This document shows, in pieces, positions 38,870 to 48,900 of a DNA stretch of 64,000 bases. The stretch is from IMG/VR virus record IMGVR_UViG_3300024229_000651; one strand, given 5' to 3'. Made by a program: the position numbers and the translations under genes. Position 1 is the first letter of the stretch. The number at the start of each line of letters is the position of its first letter. The notes below the pieces were generated by a model. That model saw only the letters and a program-made list of their open reading frames with translations, was not told where the DNA came from and did no database searches. The stretch comes from a virus (taxonomy: Duplodnaviria; Caudoviricetes).

Positions 38870-40189
38870 TTATCTATTGTAGCAACTAAACACGTCTGTG
38901 AACCCGGGGTATATTTCTAACCATGATGAAACATCCTTAATTAGCATAGAATCAATGTGCTCTCGTTTACTAATAAAATTGTTGAAATTATGCTCAGTGA
39001 TTTCAATGTTTTTACTCTGTATATCTTGCCATAATACAGGAGAATCTTTTTTCATCTGTAAAGTTTCTAACTCTGCTAATATCATGTTAATTTTGTCCAT
39101 CACATTGTTTTGCTTGTCAAACATATTTGGATCATTATATAAATGGTCAAACGTTTTATACCCGTTTTTTCTTAAAAATTCAAATGTTCTACATGAACCT
39201 AAAATCATAAACGGTTGTTTCATTATGATAGGTTTATAAATTTTTTCTGTAACGTACACAGTATAGTCTACGAAGGTTTCTGTTATTATGTCGATCTCGC
39301 AGGATTTAAGTTGTTTTATAAAATCTTTATCTTGTGAGATCGACTTCATATGCACTTCTTCTTGTGATCGCCGATCAAGCACTAACGGATAATGATCTTC
39401 TAATGCTTCCAAATAAGATATGCCTTGCAACAACTCCGTTTGTGTTATACGATTTTCTAAATGTTGTTTGCCTAAGTATAGCACAGATTCTGCAAACAGT
39501 TTATTAAAAGGGACTGTAGGTGAACTAATCATACCATCTACATGCAGACCTCGCTGAATTAATCCTCCTAAAAGAAGTGCTCTGTGCGGTCTAGGAGCAT
39601 TATTAAGGCAACTAAACAACAGAGTTTTCTCTACACCATATGGATCAGCATCTTGTACTTTCTGAAACAAGTCTGCCATTGTGTCTTCTTTGTAGTTGTT
39701 AAGAAAAAACACTCTAAAATCATTTTTATATACACTGTTGTTATGTATATCAACAATGTTTTCAGCAGAATTACAATAAAATGTTTTACTTGGGTCTAAT
39801 CCAAAGGTTGTTGTTACCTGTGATATAAAATTAAATATAGAATTATCACAGTGGCCTTCTGCACTATTGTCAAACAATACGATTGGATTATTGCAATCTA
39901 GTATGTATTCGGGTATTATCTGTTTTGCTGCATCAAGTAATCTATTTTCCTCCCACAGTTTATAAATATTATCCGAGCCGATACCATCTAGACTAATAAT
40001 AAACAATACCGGCCTTTTGGACAACTTAGATATTTTATTATAGTGTATCCAGTTATCCGACATAAACTCGCACATACCTAACGCACAGTCTTTGCTAGTT
40101 GCTGGGACATTTTGGAGATCTATAATTTCAGATTTTCCACAGGAGGAAAGGAATGCTCGGAATGGGTTATCGATATCAGCAATAAACAT
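38870..40189 (-). CDS. Hypothetical protein, possible glycan-modifying (GT-B-like) enzyme
   Basis: FSCLNNAPRPHR, IITET, TEKIYKPIIMKQPFMILG; GTAAATA 6 nt upstream. Confidence 0.5.
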   Translation of the reverse strand: MFIADIDNPFRAFLSSCGKSEIIDLQNVPATSKDCALGMCEFMSDNWIHYNKISKLSKRPVLFIISLDGIGSDNIYKLWEENRLLDAAKQIIPEYILDCNNPIVLFDNSAEGHCDNSIFNFISQVTTTFGLDPSKTFYCNSAENIVDIHNNSVYKNDFRVFFLNNYKEDTMADLFQKVQDADPYGVEKTLLFSCLNNAPRPHRALLLGGLIQRGLHVDGMISSPTVPFNKLFAESVLYLGKQHLENRITQTELLQGISYLEALEDHYPLVLDRRSQEEVHMKSISQDKDFIKQLKSCEIDIITETFVDYTVYVTEKIYKPIIMKQPFMILGSCRTFEFLRKNGYKTFDHLYNDPNMFDKQNNVMDKINMILAELETLQMKKDSPVLWQDIQSKNIEITEHNFNNFISKREHIDSMLIKDVSSWLEIYPGFTDVFSCYNR

Positions 40190-40219
40190 GTTTGTTATTT
40201 ACCGGTATAGTAAGTAGTT

Positions 40220-40615
40220 CTATTTAATCTTTGGATTTCGGTAATTTTTTAAAGAATCGACTGCTGTATCAAGCATTTGTAGATAGAAAGGGTGCATTAT
40301 ATTTTCGCCACCAGTTGTGTTCATGGTCTGCAATTTAGACTTCAATCGGCGCCATTGGCCTTTTCTGCCGTCCGGGAAGGTTTGATGAACATGTGCAAGT
40401 ATATCTTGTAATATGATTCCTTTGTATGTATCTTTTGATTGATCTAACTTAGGAAAAAAATCTCTTACAAGCTGTCTATCACTTTCGTTTGTTTTCTTTT
40501 TCCTTTTAGGAAACACACTTGGGTTAGGTCTACGCAACATTTTACTAGCTGTTGCCGTGGAAGTAGCGATGGCGCCGCTGGTAGTAGTTTCTGTAATAAT
40601 ATCCGAAATCTTCAT
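40220..40615 (-). CDS. Leader-tagged hypothetical protein
   Basis: True start MKISDIITETTTSGAIATS at 40615; ATAAATA 5 nt upstream (40621-40627). Confidence 0.7.
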   Translation of the reverse strand: MKISDIITETTTSGAIATSTATASKMLRRPNPSVFPKRKKKTNESDRQLVRDFFPKLDQSKDTYKGIILQDILAHVHQTFPDGRKGQWRRLKSKLQTMNTTGGENIMHPFYLQMLDTAVDSLKNYRNPKIK

Positions 40616-40616
40616 A

Positions 40617-41204
40617 CTAGTATTTATCTGCAAACTGGTGATTAGCAGCTGCATGCCTGGCTTCGTCATCTCTAACTGCTTTCACCATATCAAAAAGTTT
40701 AGCATCTTTATCAAGTCCATAATAATCGATAGCTAGTTGAGGTGCATCTACATTCCTAACTTGTCTATTTTCTATCATAGTTAAATATGTCGTATAGCTA
40801 AGTACTGCTTCTTCTTCAAAAAATGCAATCATTTTGTGTGCTGTTCGAGGGAAAAGTACAAACATTACAAAATAAAAATTCCAAAATATAAATTGTGCTA
40901 ATAAAATTAGAAATCTTTCAAATATATTAGGTTTTGCAATTTCTATGAAGAACATTAGATGCATGCGTTCATTCTCTGCTTCTGCAAGCAGTTCGCGAAT
41001 CATTGGGCCGTATCCGGTTTGCAGCTGGCGTAAACTTTTTAAATGTATCCACATGCCTGCAACCATCCCCGGTACGCCAGCAATAGTTTCCAATACTACT
41101 GCCCTATGTCCATAGCGTTTTGCAAAAAAGAGATCAGCAAAAAAACGGAAAAATTTTGTCATAAACATAGCCGTCATGTCCGACAGCTTGTGCTGAAATG
41201 TCAT
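40617..41204 (-). CDS. aox: Alternative (ubiquinol) oxidase
   Basis: Di-iron motifs LETIAGVPGMV, ENERMHL, FEEEAVLSY, DEARH. Confidence 0.93.
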   Translation of the reverse strand: MTFQHKLSDMTAMFMTKFFRFFADLFFAKRYGHRAVVLETIAGVPGMVAGMWIHLKSLRQLQTGYGPMIRELLAEAENERMHLMFFIEIAKPNIFERFLILLAQFIFWNFYFVMFVLFPRTAHKMIAFFEEEAVLSYTTYLTMIENRQVRNVDAPQLAIDYYGLDKDAKLFDMVKAVRDDEARHAAANHQFADKY

Positions 41205-41216
41205 GGGTTGAAGCCT

Positions 41217-41756
41217 CTAGTTGTTTATTCTGATATTCACGACGTCCCAATCAATGATACGCCATATATTACTAAGGTATTTAGCTTTGTCGTGCTGATA
41301 GTCTAATGCCCACGCATGCTCCCACCAATCAATGAGCATTGCTATGTCATTTTTAATTTGGTGGTTAACTATTGTTTTGATATCACCGGATAAACTCATG
41401 TACACCCATCCGCTGCCTTGAATCTTCATTGCTACTTCTTCAAACTGCTCTTTGAAAGTCGCAAAGTCGCCGTATTTGCTATCTATAAGCTCTTTACTTG
41501 CCCCTGCAGGGTTATTACTACTACTTGGTGTTTTTAGCTGTGGGAAGAATACGTTGTGTAAGAATGCACCTGCTTCCATGAACTGTGCATCTCCTTTGCC
41601 TTCATTATATTTTGTAACGTATGCTTTAGCAAGTTTGCCGTAGTGAAAATTGATTGTGTCTTCACTCATTACAGGATCCAAGTCACTCTTGCTGTAAGGT
41701 AACTTTTCTTGCACTAACACTTTTTTATCTTCTGTTAAAAAATCGTGTAGTTTCAT
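41217..41756 (-). CDS. sod: Fe/Mn superoxide dismutase with N-terminal leader
   Basis: LPY, FHYGK...AY, LHNVFF, GSGWV, IDWWEHAW; N-terminus MKLHDFLTE. Confidence 0.9.
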   Translation of the reverse strand: MKLHDFLTEDKKVLVQEKLPYSKSDLDPVMSEDTINFHYGKLAKAYVTKYNEGKGDAQFMEAGAFLHNVFFPQLKTPSSSNNPAGASKELIDSKYGDFATFKEQFEEVAMKIQGSGWVYMSLSGDIKTIVNHQIKNDIAMLIDWWEHAWALDYQHDKAKYLSNIWRIIDWDVVNIRINN

Positions 41757-41950
41757 TTTTTCTTACCGCCTTTCATATTAGCACACCAGTGATACATTTT
41801 ACCCTTTTCACCACTGTATTTTTTAGCTTTTGCCCGTAAACTACTTACCGAACCTTTGCAACTTGCGCCTGCTTTTTTGACTCTACCTGGTCTGCTCTTG
41901 CCTTTCTTCTTACCGTCAGCAAAGTTTTCTGTAATTTCAACTATTTTCAT
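41753..41950 (-). CDS. 65-aa leader-tagged basic peptide
   Basis: MKIVEITE then NFADGKKKGKSRPGRVKKAGASC...HWCANMKGGKKK. Confidence 0.8.
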   Translation of the reverse strand: MKIVEITENFADGKKKGKSRPGRVKKAGASCKGSVSSLRAKAKKYSGEKGKMYHWCANMKGGKKK

Positions 41951-44900
41951 GCGTCTGGCTTGAATTCAAACGCAAACTTTCCGCCAATGCGTGAACTGTA
42001 ATAATTCTTGGCGCCGTCTAAGCGAATTTTACCCCGGAAATTAGGTGGATACAACGCTTCCCATCCTGTTACTCTAGCATTGTCGCCTTGTTTACCCATC
42101 TTGCAGTATAACTGAACAATACTGGACTGGTTAAGGAATGCAATAGCACCTGCACTAAATTGAGGTTCTTCGTTAATCATTGCTGCTACTTTTTTAGCCA
42201 GTAACGCAATTAACGCATATCCTACATTGAATCCAGGTATGTCCTGTTTAGGTGTTCCATAGTTAAATAGTTCTTTCGCCGATTTGCTTAATCCATCGTA
42301 ATCAGTTTTTCCTGCTTTAACGTACTCCATGATTTCTAGTTCTAACTTTTTAGGTAATACACCCAACAGTTCTGCTAATCTAAATGGTCCGTCGATTGCA
42401 GTAGATTCTTGTACAATCTTAATTATTTTAACTGTGTATGCATGTGCTTTGACTAATTCTGGTGGTGCTTTATCGATAGCATCTGCAATGTTCTTAGCAC
42501 TTGCTTTTGCACCCTTGCCGCCTTTACTACTGATGCCAACTTCGGTTCCGTCTGGGCCAATGAAAACACTATCAACCAGTGCATAGTTCATTGCTTGCGG
42601 CCAGAATACTCCAAACGTAGACCACTCGGCTCCGCCCATTAAATCTTGTCTAGCATCTTCAGCTTGTCCGCCCACCATGCCGCTCATCAATGCAACTGGT
42701 CCCATGATTTCACCAAAGTAATCTCTTAGTGCCGGTAAGTTCTGTATTTGGCCTTCAAATTCAGGATGTTGCTGTGCTTGGATACTGTGCAAAGCATCTA
42801 ATAGCTGTTGCTGTATTGCGTGTCCCTGGCTGTTATTCGAGACAGTGTTTATTATGTCATCTACGCTTGTATGCTGATTTTCGTTTTTGATTAAGTGCTG
42901 TGGGTCGATACCAAGGTCTAATTTTAATGCGCCAGCTTTTTGTAATTTCCAACCAGTTGGAACTTGATTATTAGCCCATGCTCCCATCATATCTACACGC
43001 TTCTGCTTAAAATATCGACCCCAGTACACTGGCTTATCATTATTACTAGGATCTGTAAGTGTTGCAATACCGAAAGCTAGACTACCGCTGTTTGGAGTGT
43101 TAGTCCACTCAATTTGTGCATTGAGCTGTTGTTCTATATCTGATGCAAAACTTTCACGCTCTGGTGCATCATCGAACTGTGCACGATCCTGTGGGTAAAC
43201 TTCTACACTGCTGAACTCAAGCGTACTGTCCCCTTTCTTAAATTGGTCGCCCACCACTCGTCCCATTAAACCTTTTGCTTCCGCAAGTATGCTCTTAACG
43301 TGAGAGGAACTCCACTCGTTTAATTTTATTTGACTTTGAACTTCTTCAGGTAGTGCTTGAGAGAAATATTTAACTATACCTCTAGCACATGCATCGTCGC
43401 CAGCTTGCGCTCTAAGATCATGAAATGCATCTAGCATTTCAGGTATAGGCATTACTTGGTATGCAAGCATTTGCTTCTTTAAATCACATACTGGAAAATG
43501 GTCTGCCATTAACCCATTAATAATTTCTGCTCTATTAAAATCGTGCACACTCTCAAAATTCAATGCTCGCATCTCACGCTCGAATTCCAAATCGTCTAAT
43601 TTTTTACGAGTGGCTGCTTTTTTAGCATCAAATTTTGCTGGACCATACTTATCCTGGTCTTTATAAGTTTTCCTATTAGCCGATCTCTTAACTGTTTTCT
43701 TTTTACCAGGTAAACCTTTTGTCCATGCTGTGTCTGGTCTACGATTAGGCAATGAAACTTTTTCTACCCGTTGAATACCCAGTTCTTTACTTGTGGGATT
43801 GGCAGGATCTTTGTATTTTCCATCAGCTGATGCTACTTTCCTTTTGGCACCTAGTCTTGTTTGAGCAACAACTTTTTTATTTGTGCCATCCCTATATACG
43901 ACATTATACAGATATTCACCAGTGCGCAATTCTACTTTTTCATCTTCAGGTGAGGCTTTAGAAGTATCTCTGCGAGCTTGTTTTGCAATTGCTTCATCAA
44001 TTTTATTTTTATCAATTTTTTCTAAAATGGCTAGTTGTTCCAATATTGGCAACTTATCAAATTTGTCAAACGGTGTCATTTTACTTTCCTGTACATCAAA
44101 TTTTATATTAAATCTCTGGCTTAGTAATTTACGATGGTCAGTTTTTAAAAAGCTGTGCGGAACGCCGATTGGTTCGCTCTGATATGTAGTACCAGCTGGA
44201 GCAAAGCCATACTTCTTGACAAACGCATCAACAACAGGTTTATATTCCATCTTTTTGGCTTCAAATTCTGCAATATCCTGTTGTCTTTGTCTAATAGAGC
44301 CTTTGAGTCTTTCTACTTTTTCTGGTTCAGCAACTTTAAGACCTTGCTTTATACCGTCGATCAGTCCTTGTTCATGTTCGATATAACGAGTAGCCTCGTC
44401 CACTTCAAAGCGAGCACGTTTAACTTTGTCTAACTCGTCATCGCTAATCACTTTAAAATCTTGTTGACTGATTGTTGCATTACTATCGGGCTTGTTATCG
44501 CCGAATAGGTCACCGAACAGTGCACGATGCTTATCTGTGGGTATTGCTATAACGTGTCCTTTAGGTGCAGTAATAGTGTATGATGCTTCCGGTGCGTTAG
44601 CATCCTGCTTTTTCAACAAGCTGTTTACAGCCGAAGCCATCTTTTCTAGTTTGTTGTGATGATCTCCCGGGAAGTTTTTCACAAACTCTGACTGTTGTAG
44701 TTCAGTCCACAATGCTTTAGGCGTTAAGCTGAAGTCTTTTAACGCTTGTCTAAATGCTGCAATAGCCGCCGATTTAGGTTCAGCCCTATTAGCACCGCTT
44801 GCAACGTCACTGGCTAACATAGCAAAAGCTCGCACAAAGTATTTCTGTGCTTTAATCATTGTTCTACGCCAGTCTTCGTCATCGCCTTCGGCTTCGAACG

Positions 44901-47028
44901 GCATCTCTTGTTGTGGATTAGCGTTCTTTGCACTTTGTGCATCTGCTAATTCCATGTATGCATTGCTCAATGATTCAATAGCATCTGTATAATGTTTTTC
45001 ACTTGCAATACTTTGGAAAGCAGCTAACACTTTATCGTTAATGCTTTCTGGGTCAACCATTGTTTGAGCTCTTTTAACAACATCGCCGCTTACTTCGTCT
45101 TTGCCTGCAATCATTTTAAACAGTGCTTTGATGTAGTCCTTGCGATATGCTTCTTCATCATGCCCGGCTTGCATCACTGCGGCATAACGGATAACTGCTT
45201 TCATCACTTTGTCGCTCATAGTGTGATAATCGTCGCCACCTGCAACACGGAATTCAATAAGTTTATTTTGCTCTACGTTTTTAGCATCTTTAAAGTTGAT
45301 ACTGCTGAACTTGCCATTACTGATGCCGCCTAACAGTATGTCTTCGAGACCAGCAAGGCTCTTTTCATCCTTGATATCGTTTTGTAGATTTTTGATATAC
45401 TTTCGTACTGTTTCTTGTTGACTCTGTGTATAAGTGTTATGCTCTCTGCCAAACTGCTTTAACACATACTTGTCGCCTAACAGCACAGCCATTTTTAGCT
45501 TGTTAGTTTTAGCGTAGTCCGAATCCATCCAACTCATTGTGACATGCAAACCAGTTGAACTGTTTGTTTCCACATTGTTGTTGTTCATGTACTCAAACAA
45601 ACTCTTCATCTCTTTGAGCATTTCTGCTGGGTTGTCATATACAGGTGAAATAATCTCTGCTTTTGCACCTTCGCCTTCGATTGAGGTGTCATCTTCCACA
45701 CGCCAATGGTCATTGTCTACGCCTTGGCCACTGTGATATACGCCCGGACGTACATCGTTGCTCTTACTGTTGTTGCTGGCCCAATCCTCTAGCATACTAG
45801 CTACAGCATCAACACCGCCGCCTTCGCCGCCTTCGTTGTACAAGTAAATGTCCATTTCGCCTAATAGGCTCCACCAACTGCCGCCGTGTTCTCTGCGAAC
45901 CCAATCGTCCATGTCGTATTGATCCATTGCACGTTGCCAGGATTCGTCCCATGCTTCGCCATTGTCGCGGATCTGTTCCTCTAGCCACTCAATAAATTCG
46001 TCTTCTTTGTACATTTCAACATATTCACGAGGCCATGCTTCATCGTCCCAATTGCTGTACTCTTCCAGCTCGTCCTGCATGTCGTCGATTTCTAATCGCT
46101 CCAGTTTGTCTGCCTTGTACTCTTCCACTTCGTCCATGTCAACATGATCGTTTACAAACTCATCTATGTACGCTTCATCTTCTTTGCGTTCGTTGACTAG
46201 CTCTAGGACAACGTCACTCTCTATTTCGTATACAACTTCTTCTTGTAGCCATTCGCGGTATGCTTCTTCCACACTCTCCACTGCACGTGATCCTTCTTGA
46301 TCGTAAATCAAATCACCGACACGGTTCCAATACAGGTCGTCTAGCCAACTGGTGTCGTCCTCGTCACTGCCTTCGCCTAGGTTAGGCCACACAGTTTCCG
46401 CTTCAAAGCCGCACTGTATGTTCGCATTCAGTGCACCTTGTGCAAGCTCTTTGCTGTTGAAGTTGATTTCAAAAATAGGCTCACCTTGTTCGGTCATTTT
46501 AATTTTACGGGTGAGCTTTTTGATCTTTTTTTGCAAACGATCCCGCTTAAAATGAAAATTACTTGTGCTACTTTTAGATAATTTGTCTAACTTGCCTTCA
46601 GTAAACTCTGGATTAGCCACAAACACTTCTTCGTCGGGGTCGTCTATAACTGAATATTCTTTTGTTTTAGGGTTCTGCACTACTACTGCTTCAGGCTTTG
46701 TGCCTTTTCCGATAGGAGATTTTACTACACCTGCTGATTTTCCATCTTTATCAAAGTATTCCATATCTGTTTTTAGTTCGCCTGCTTTAGCATTAATAAA
46801 TTTTGGAGTCTCTTGATCATTTGCTTTAGGAACTTCTAGACCAGGCGTGGTAGTAGGGCTTCCTAAATCAGGTTTGGCTGCTGTTTTACTTGTAGTAGGT
46901 GATTTTGTAGATGCATTTGCTTTTGCACTTGATCCCATGGATTGTTGGGAAGTAGGTGTACTTGCCCCTGGCTTCATACCATACTCCATAAGTAAATGAT
47001 CTATAGTCCTAATATCTGTGAATTTCAT
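41947..47028 (-). CDS. 1693-aa multidomain protein containing a putative amidoligase (COOH-NH2 ligase) domain
   Basis: GFEAET, WRVEDDTSI, AEIISP, TNSSTGLHVTMS, KFSSINF, IEFRVAGG; many xxE module boundaries. Confidence 0.7.
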   Translation of the reverse strand: MKFTDIRTIDHLLMEYGMKPGASTPTSQQSMGSSAKANASTKSPTTSKTAAKPDLGSPTTTPGLEVPKANDQETPKFINAKAGELKTDMEYFDKDGKSAGVVKSPIGKGTKPEAVVVQNPKTKEYSVIDDPDEEVFVANPEFTEGKLDKLSKSSTSNFHFKRDRLQKKIKKLTRKIKMTEQGEPIFEINFNSKELAQGALNANIQCGFEAETVWPNLGEGSDEDDTSWLDDLYWNRVGDLIYDQEGSRAVESVEEAYREWLQEEVVYEIESDVVLELVNERKEDEAYIDEFVNDHVDMDEVEEYKADKLERLEIDDMQDELEEYSNWDDEAWPREYVEMYKEDEFIEWLEEQIRDNGEAWDESWQRAMDQYDMDDWVRREHGGSWWSLLGEMDIYLYNEGGEGGGVDAVASMLEDWASNNSKSNDVRPGVYHSGQGVDNDHWRVEDDTSIEGEGAKAEIISPVYDNPAEMLKEMKSLFEYMNNNNVETNSSTGLHVTMSWMDSDYAKTNKLKMAVLLGDKYVLKQFGREHNTYTQSQQETVRKYIKNLQNDIKDEKSLAGLEDILLGGISNGKFSSINFKDAKNVEQNKLIEFRVAGGDDYHTMSDKVMKAVIRYAAVMQAGHDEEAYRKDYIKALFKMIAGKDEVSGDVVKRAQTMVDPESINDKVLAAFQSIASEKHYTDAIESLSNAYMELADAQSAKNANPQQEMPFEAEGDDEDWRRTMIKAQKYFVRAFAMLASDVASGANRAEPKSAAIAAFRQALKDFSLTPKALWTELQQSEFVKNFPGDHHNKLEKMASAVNSLLKKQDANAPEASYTITAPKGHVIAIPTDKHRALFGDLFGDNKPDSNATISQQDFKVISDDELDKVKRARFEVDEATRYIEHEQGLIDGIKQGLKVAEPEKVERLKGSIRQRQQDIAEFEAKKMEYKPVVDAFVKKYGFAPAGTTYQSEPIGVPHSFLKTDHRKLLSQRFNIKFDVQESKMTPFDKFDKLPILEQLAILEKIDKNKIDEAIAKQARRDTSKASPEDEKVELRTGEYLYNVVYRDGTNKKVVAQTRLGAKRKVASADGKYKDPANPTSKELGIQRVEKVSLPNRRPDTAWTKGLPGKKKTVKRSANRKTYKDQDKYGPAKFDAKKAATRKKLDDLEFEREMRALNFESVHDFNRAEIINGLMADHFPVCDLKKQMLAYQVMPIPEMLDAFHDLRAQAGDDACARGIVKYFSQALPEEVQSQIKLNEWSSSHVKSILAEAKGLMGRVVGDQFKKGDSTLEFSSVEVYPQDRAQFDDAPERESFASDIEQQLNAQIEWTNTPNSGSLAFGIATLTDPSNNDKPVYWGRYFKQKRVDMMGAWANNQVPTGWKLQKAGALKLDLGIDPQHLIKNENQHTSVDDIINTVSNNSQGHAIQQQLLDALHSIQAQQHPEFEGQIQNLPALRDYFGEIMGPVALMSGMVGGQAEDARQDLMGGAEWSTFGVFWPQAMNYALVDSVFIGPDGTEVGISSKGGKGAKASAKNIADAIDKAPPELVKAHAYTVKIIKIVQESTAIDGPFRLAELLGVLPKKLELEIMEYVKAGKTDYDGLSKSAKELFNYGTPKQDIPGFNVGYALIALLAKKVAAMINEEPQFSAGAIAFLNQSSIVQLYCKMGKQGDNARVTGWEALYPPNFRGKIRLDGAKNYYSSRIGGKFAFEFKPDA

Positions 47029-47029
47029 C

Positions 47030-47314
47030 TTATCGCCTATTTAAAGATTGTACTCTTCTGCTCTGAGGATTCAATCGTTTTGTTCGTCTAGCCTTTCTAG
47101 CCATTCTACCACCCATCTTTGCTTTTGTACGCTTGAGTGTTAGACGCTTTTTCATATTAATAGGCTTAGAGCATTGGCTAGGATTACTAACTACTCGGCC
47201 TTTTCGTCTACCAGATGTGCAACGAACTGCACGTTTTACAGTTTTCCCGGATCGACGCCATACCATACGGGTCTCCAGTAAACTATCTTCCTGTAACAGT
47301 TCGTCTAAACGCAA
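47030..47314 (-). CDS. Arg/Lys-rich leader-tagged protein
   Basis: TTG start gives MRLDELLQEDSLLE then TRMVWRRSG...RC...QC...RR. Confidence 0.7.
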   Translation of the reverse strand: MRLDELLQEDSLLETRMVWRRSGKTVKRAVRCTSGRRKGRVVSNPSQCSKPINMKKRLTLKRTKAKMGGRMARKARRTKRLNPQSRRVQSLNRR

Positions 47315-47315
47315 T

Positions 47316-47564
47316 TTATATACCGCCAAACATATTAAGTAATAAACCAACTAATATTGCTACCATAGTAGTAAACGTAGTGCCTACTATAGCCACAAGC
47401 CAGTTCTCAATTTTATTTAGGCGCACTTTTGTATCTTGCTTGAACTCTCTAACTTCTGTTGTGATACTTTCAATACGCAACATATCTGCAATAATGTGTG
47501 CTTCTAAATTATTACTCTCAGAATACTGAGTTTGTTGCTTTCGTTGTTGGTCGTAATCGTTCAT
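47316..47564 (-). CDS. Small protein with coiled coil and C-terminal TM helix
   Basis: LEAHIIADMLRIESI...KIENWLVAIVGTTFTTMVAILVGLLL. Confidence 0.7.
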   Translation of the reverse strand: MNDYDQQRKQQTQYSESNNLEAHIIADMLRIESITTEVREFKQDTKVRLNKIENWLVAIVGTTFTTMVAILVGLLLNMFGGI

Positions 47565-47963
47565 TTATAATAAGTCCTGTTTTGTAAATTCCATATTAAT
47601 AGAATTCTTAGTGTCGATGACACCCGAGTTTAAAACAATATCGTGCAACTCATCTATCAAGGTTTGTACAGTGTGTGCACCAGGCATTTCTGTAGCAAAT
47701 TTAAAGATGAATCCCGAACCAGTTATAGAAGAAGCACCATAGTTCTCTAGTAAATTTTGTCCTGTGCCGTTTAAATAAACTGGGTTGTTCATAACCGTAG
47801 GCATAGCCCGTAATCCAATCACTTGAACAACACTTTCAAAATCTTTTTGACTACTATCAGTGTAACTACCGGTAACACGAATATTCAAATTAGTATACAA
47901 TGTGAAAAATTCAATATTGCCTGTTAGCACTTCCAGCGAGCCCATTGCTCCGCGTCTAATCAT
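47565..47963 (-). CDS. Probable structural protein
   Basis: CAGGAG RBS; late promoter at 47982-47988. Confidence 0.6.
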   Translation of the reverse strand: MIRRGAMGSLEVLTGNIEFFTLYTNLNIRVTGSYTDSSQKDFESVVQVIGLRAMPTVMNNPVYLNGTGQNLLENYGASSITGSGFIFKFATEMPGAHTVQTLIDELHDIVLNSGVIDTKNSINMEFTKQDLL

Positions 47964-48009
47964 GTTTATCTCCTGTACGTGTATTTATCACGATACCGAT
48001 TATACAGCC

Positions 48010-48038
48010 AAAAAAAATCCCCAACTAAGTTGAGGATC
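48010..48038 (-). terminator. Intrinsic terminator
   Basis: ATCCTCAAC-TTA-GTTGGGGAT plus T run on the minus strand. Confidence 0.75.
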
Positions 48039-48060
48039 TTTAATTTATAAATTTTTAAAT

Positions 48061-48303
48061 TTATACGTTGTCGAAAGTTGCTACTACAGTTACACCTGTT
48101 ACTGCTGGTGTTGGGCCGCCTTGTACAACAAGGTGACTGCCGTCTGTTGTGCCTTCAACTGCTGCGATTGTGCCGCCTTCAACCATAATTTCTGCGCATG
48201 CAGCTTCTACGGATACTGTTGCTGTTGCTACAGATACGATAAAAGTCTTAGGGCCTAAACCGTTGGACTGACGTACTGCTGCATTTGGATTAGCTTGTGC
48301 CAT
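48061..48303 (-). CDS. Small Ala/Val/Thr-rich probable capsid decoration protein
   Basis: Monocistronic: late promoter 48357-48363, TAGGAG RBS, terminator. Confidence 0.55.
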   Translation of the reverse strand: MAQANPNAAVRQSNGLGPKTFIVSVATATVSVEAACAEIMVEGGTIAAVEGTTDGSHLVVQGGPTPAVTGVTVVATFDNV

Positions 48304-48396
48304 TTTATATCTCCTAAACTATTTTCATGCTTAATTAAATAAGCTCTGGTTACTGTTATTTATGCAAAAGAAAAGATTTAGTGTTGTTATAGATTT

Positions 48397-48900
48397 TTAC
48401 TTTCTAGGCTTACGAATATTGCTTTTCATAAGTTTATCTGCAACATTAACAAAATCTTTGCTAATATCTGCGCCTAATTCAGCTGAATCAACGTTGAATA
48501 CATCCCTAGCAACTTGTTTAATCTTGTCTTTTGCTGCTTTGTACTTGGCGCCGGGTGTTGTTTTCTTATCCTGATAATACTGATTACCCCATTTCTTTCC
48601 TGATTTATCGCTAACTCTGTCAACTGTAGTGCTCGTAGTTGGCTCTGGTCTGGTCATAGGAGTTCGTTTTATTTTTTGGGCAGGTTCTTCCTTTGTATCA
48701 GGGGATTGCTTTTGTTTTCTGCGTTCGATGTCCTGAGCCATGCCAATAGCGTCTAATGCACTTATACCTTTATTAGACACTATACGTTTAGCTCTGGATA
48801 TAACATTATTACTTAACGAAGATCCGTGCTGTGCTTGTATTTGAGCTATCTGGTCAACGGTTAAATTTTCGTCTTCTAGAATTATATCGCTGATTTTCAT
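48397..48900 (-). CDS. Leader-tagged hypothetical protein
   Basis: MKISDIILEDE N-terminus. Confidence 0.7.
   Translation of the reverse strand: MKISDIILEDENLTVDQIAQIQAQHGSSLSNNVISRAKRIVSNKGISALDAIGMAQDIERRKQKQSPDTKEEPAQKIKRTPMTRPEPTTSTTVDRVSDKSGKKWGNQYYQDKKTTPGAKYKAAKDKIKQVARDVFNVDSAELGADISKDFVNVADKLMKSNIRKPRK

Noticed and set aside
40617-40669. Long overlap between aox and the 40220 ORF
   Set aside because: The real start of the downstream gene is ATG 40615 (leader motif and late promoter), which removes the overlap
47030-47314. Ribosomal protein homolog
   Set aside because: Only general Arg/Lys richness; no specific r-protein motif recognised
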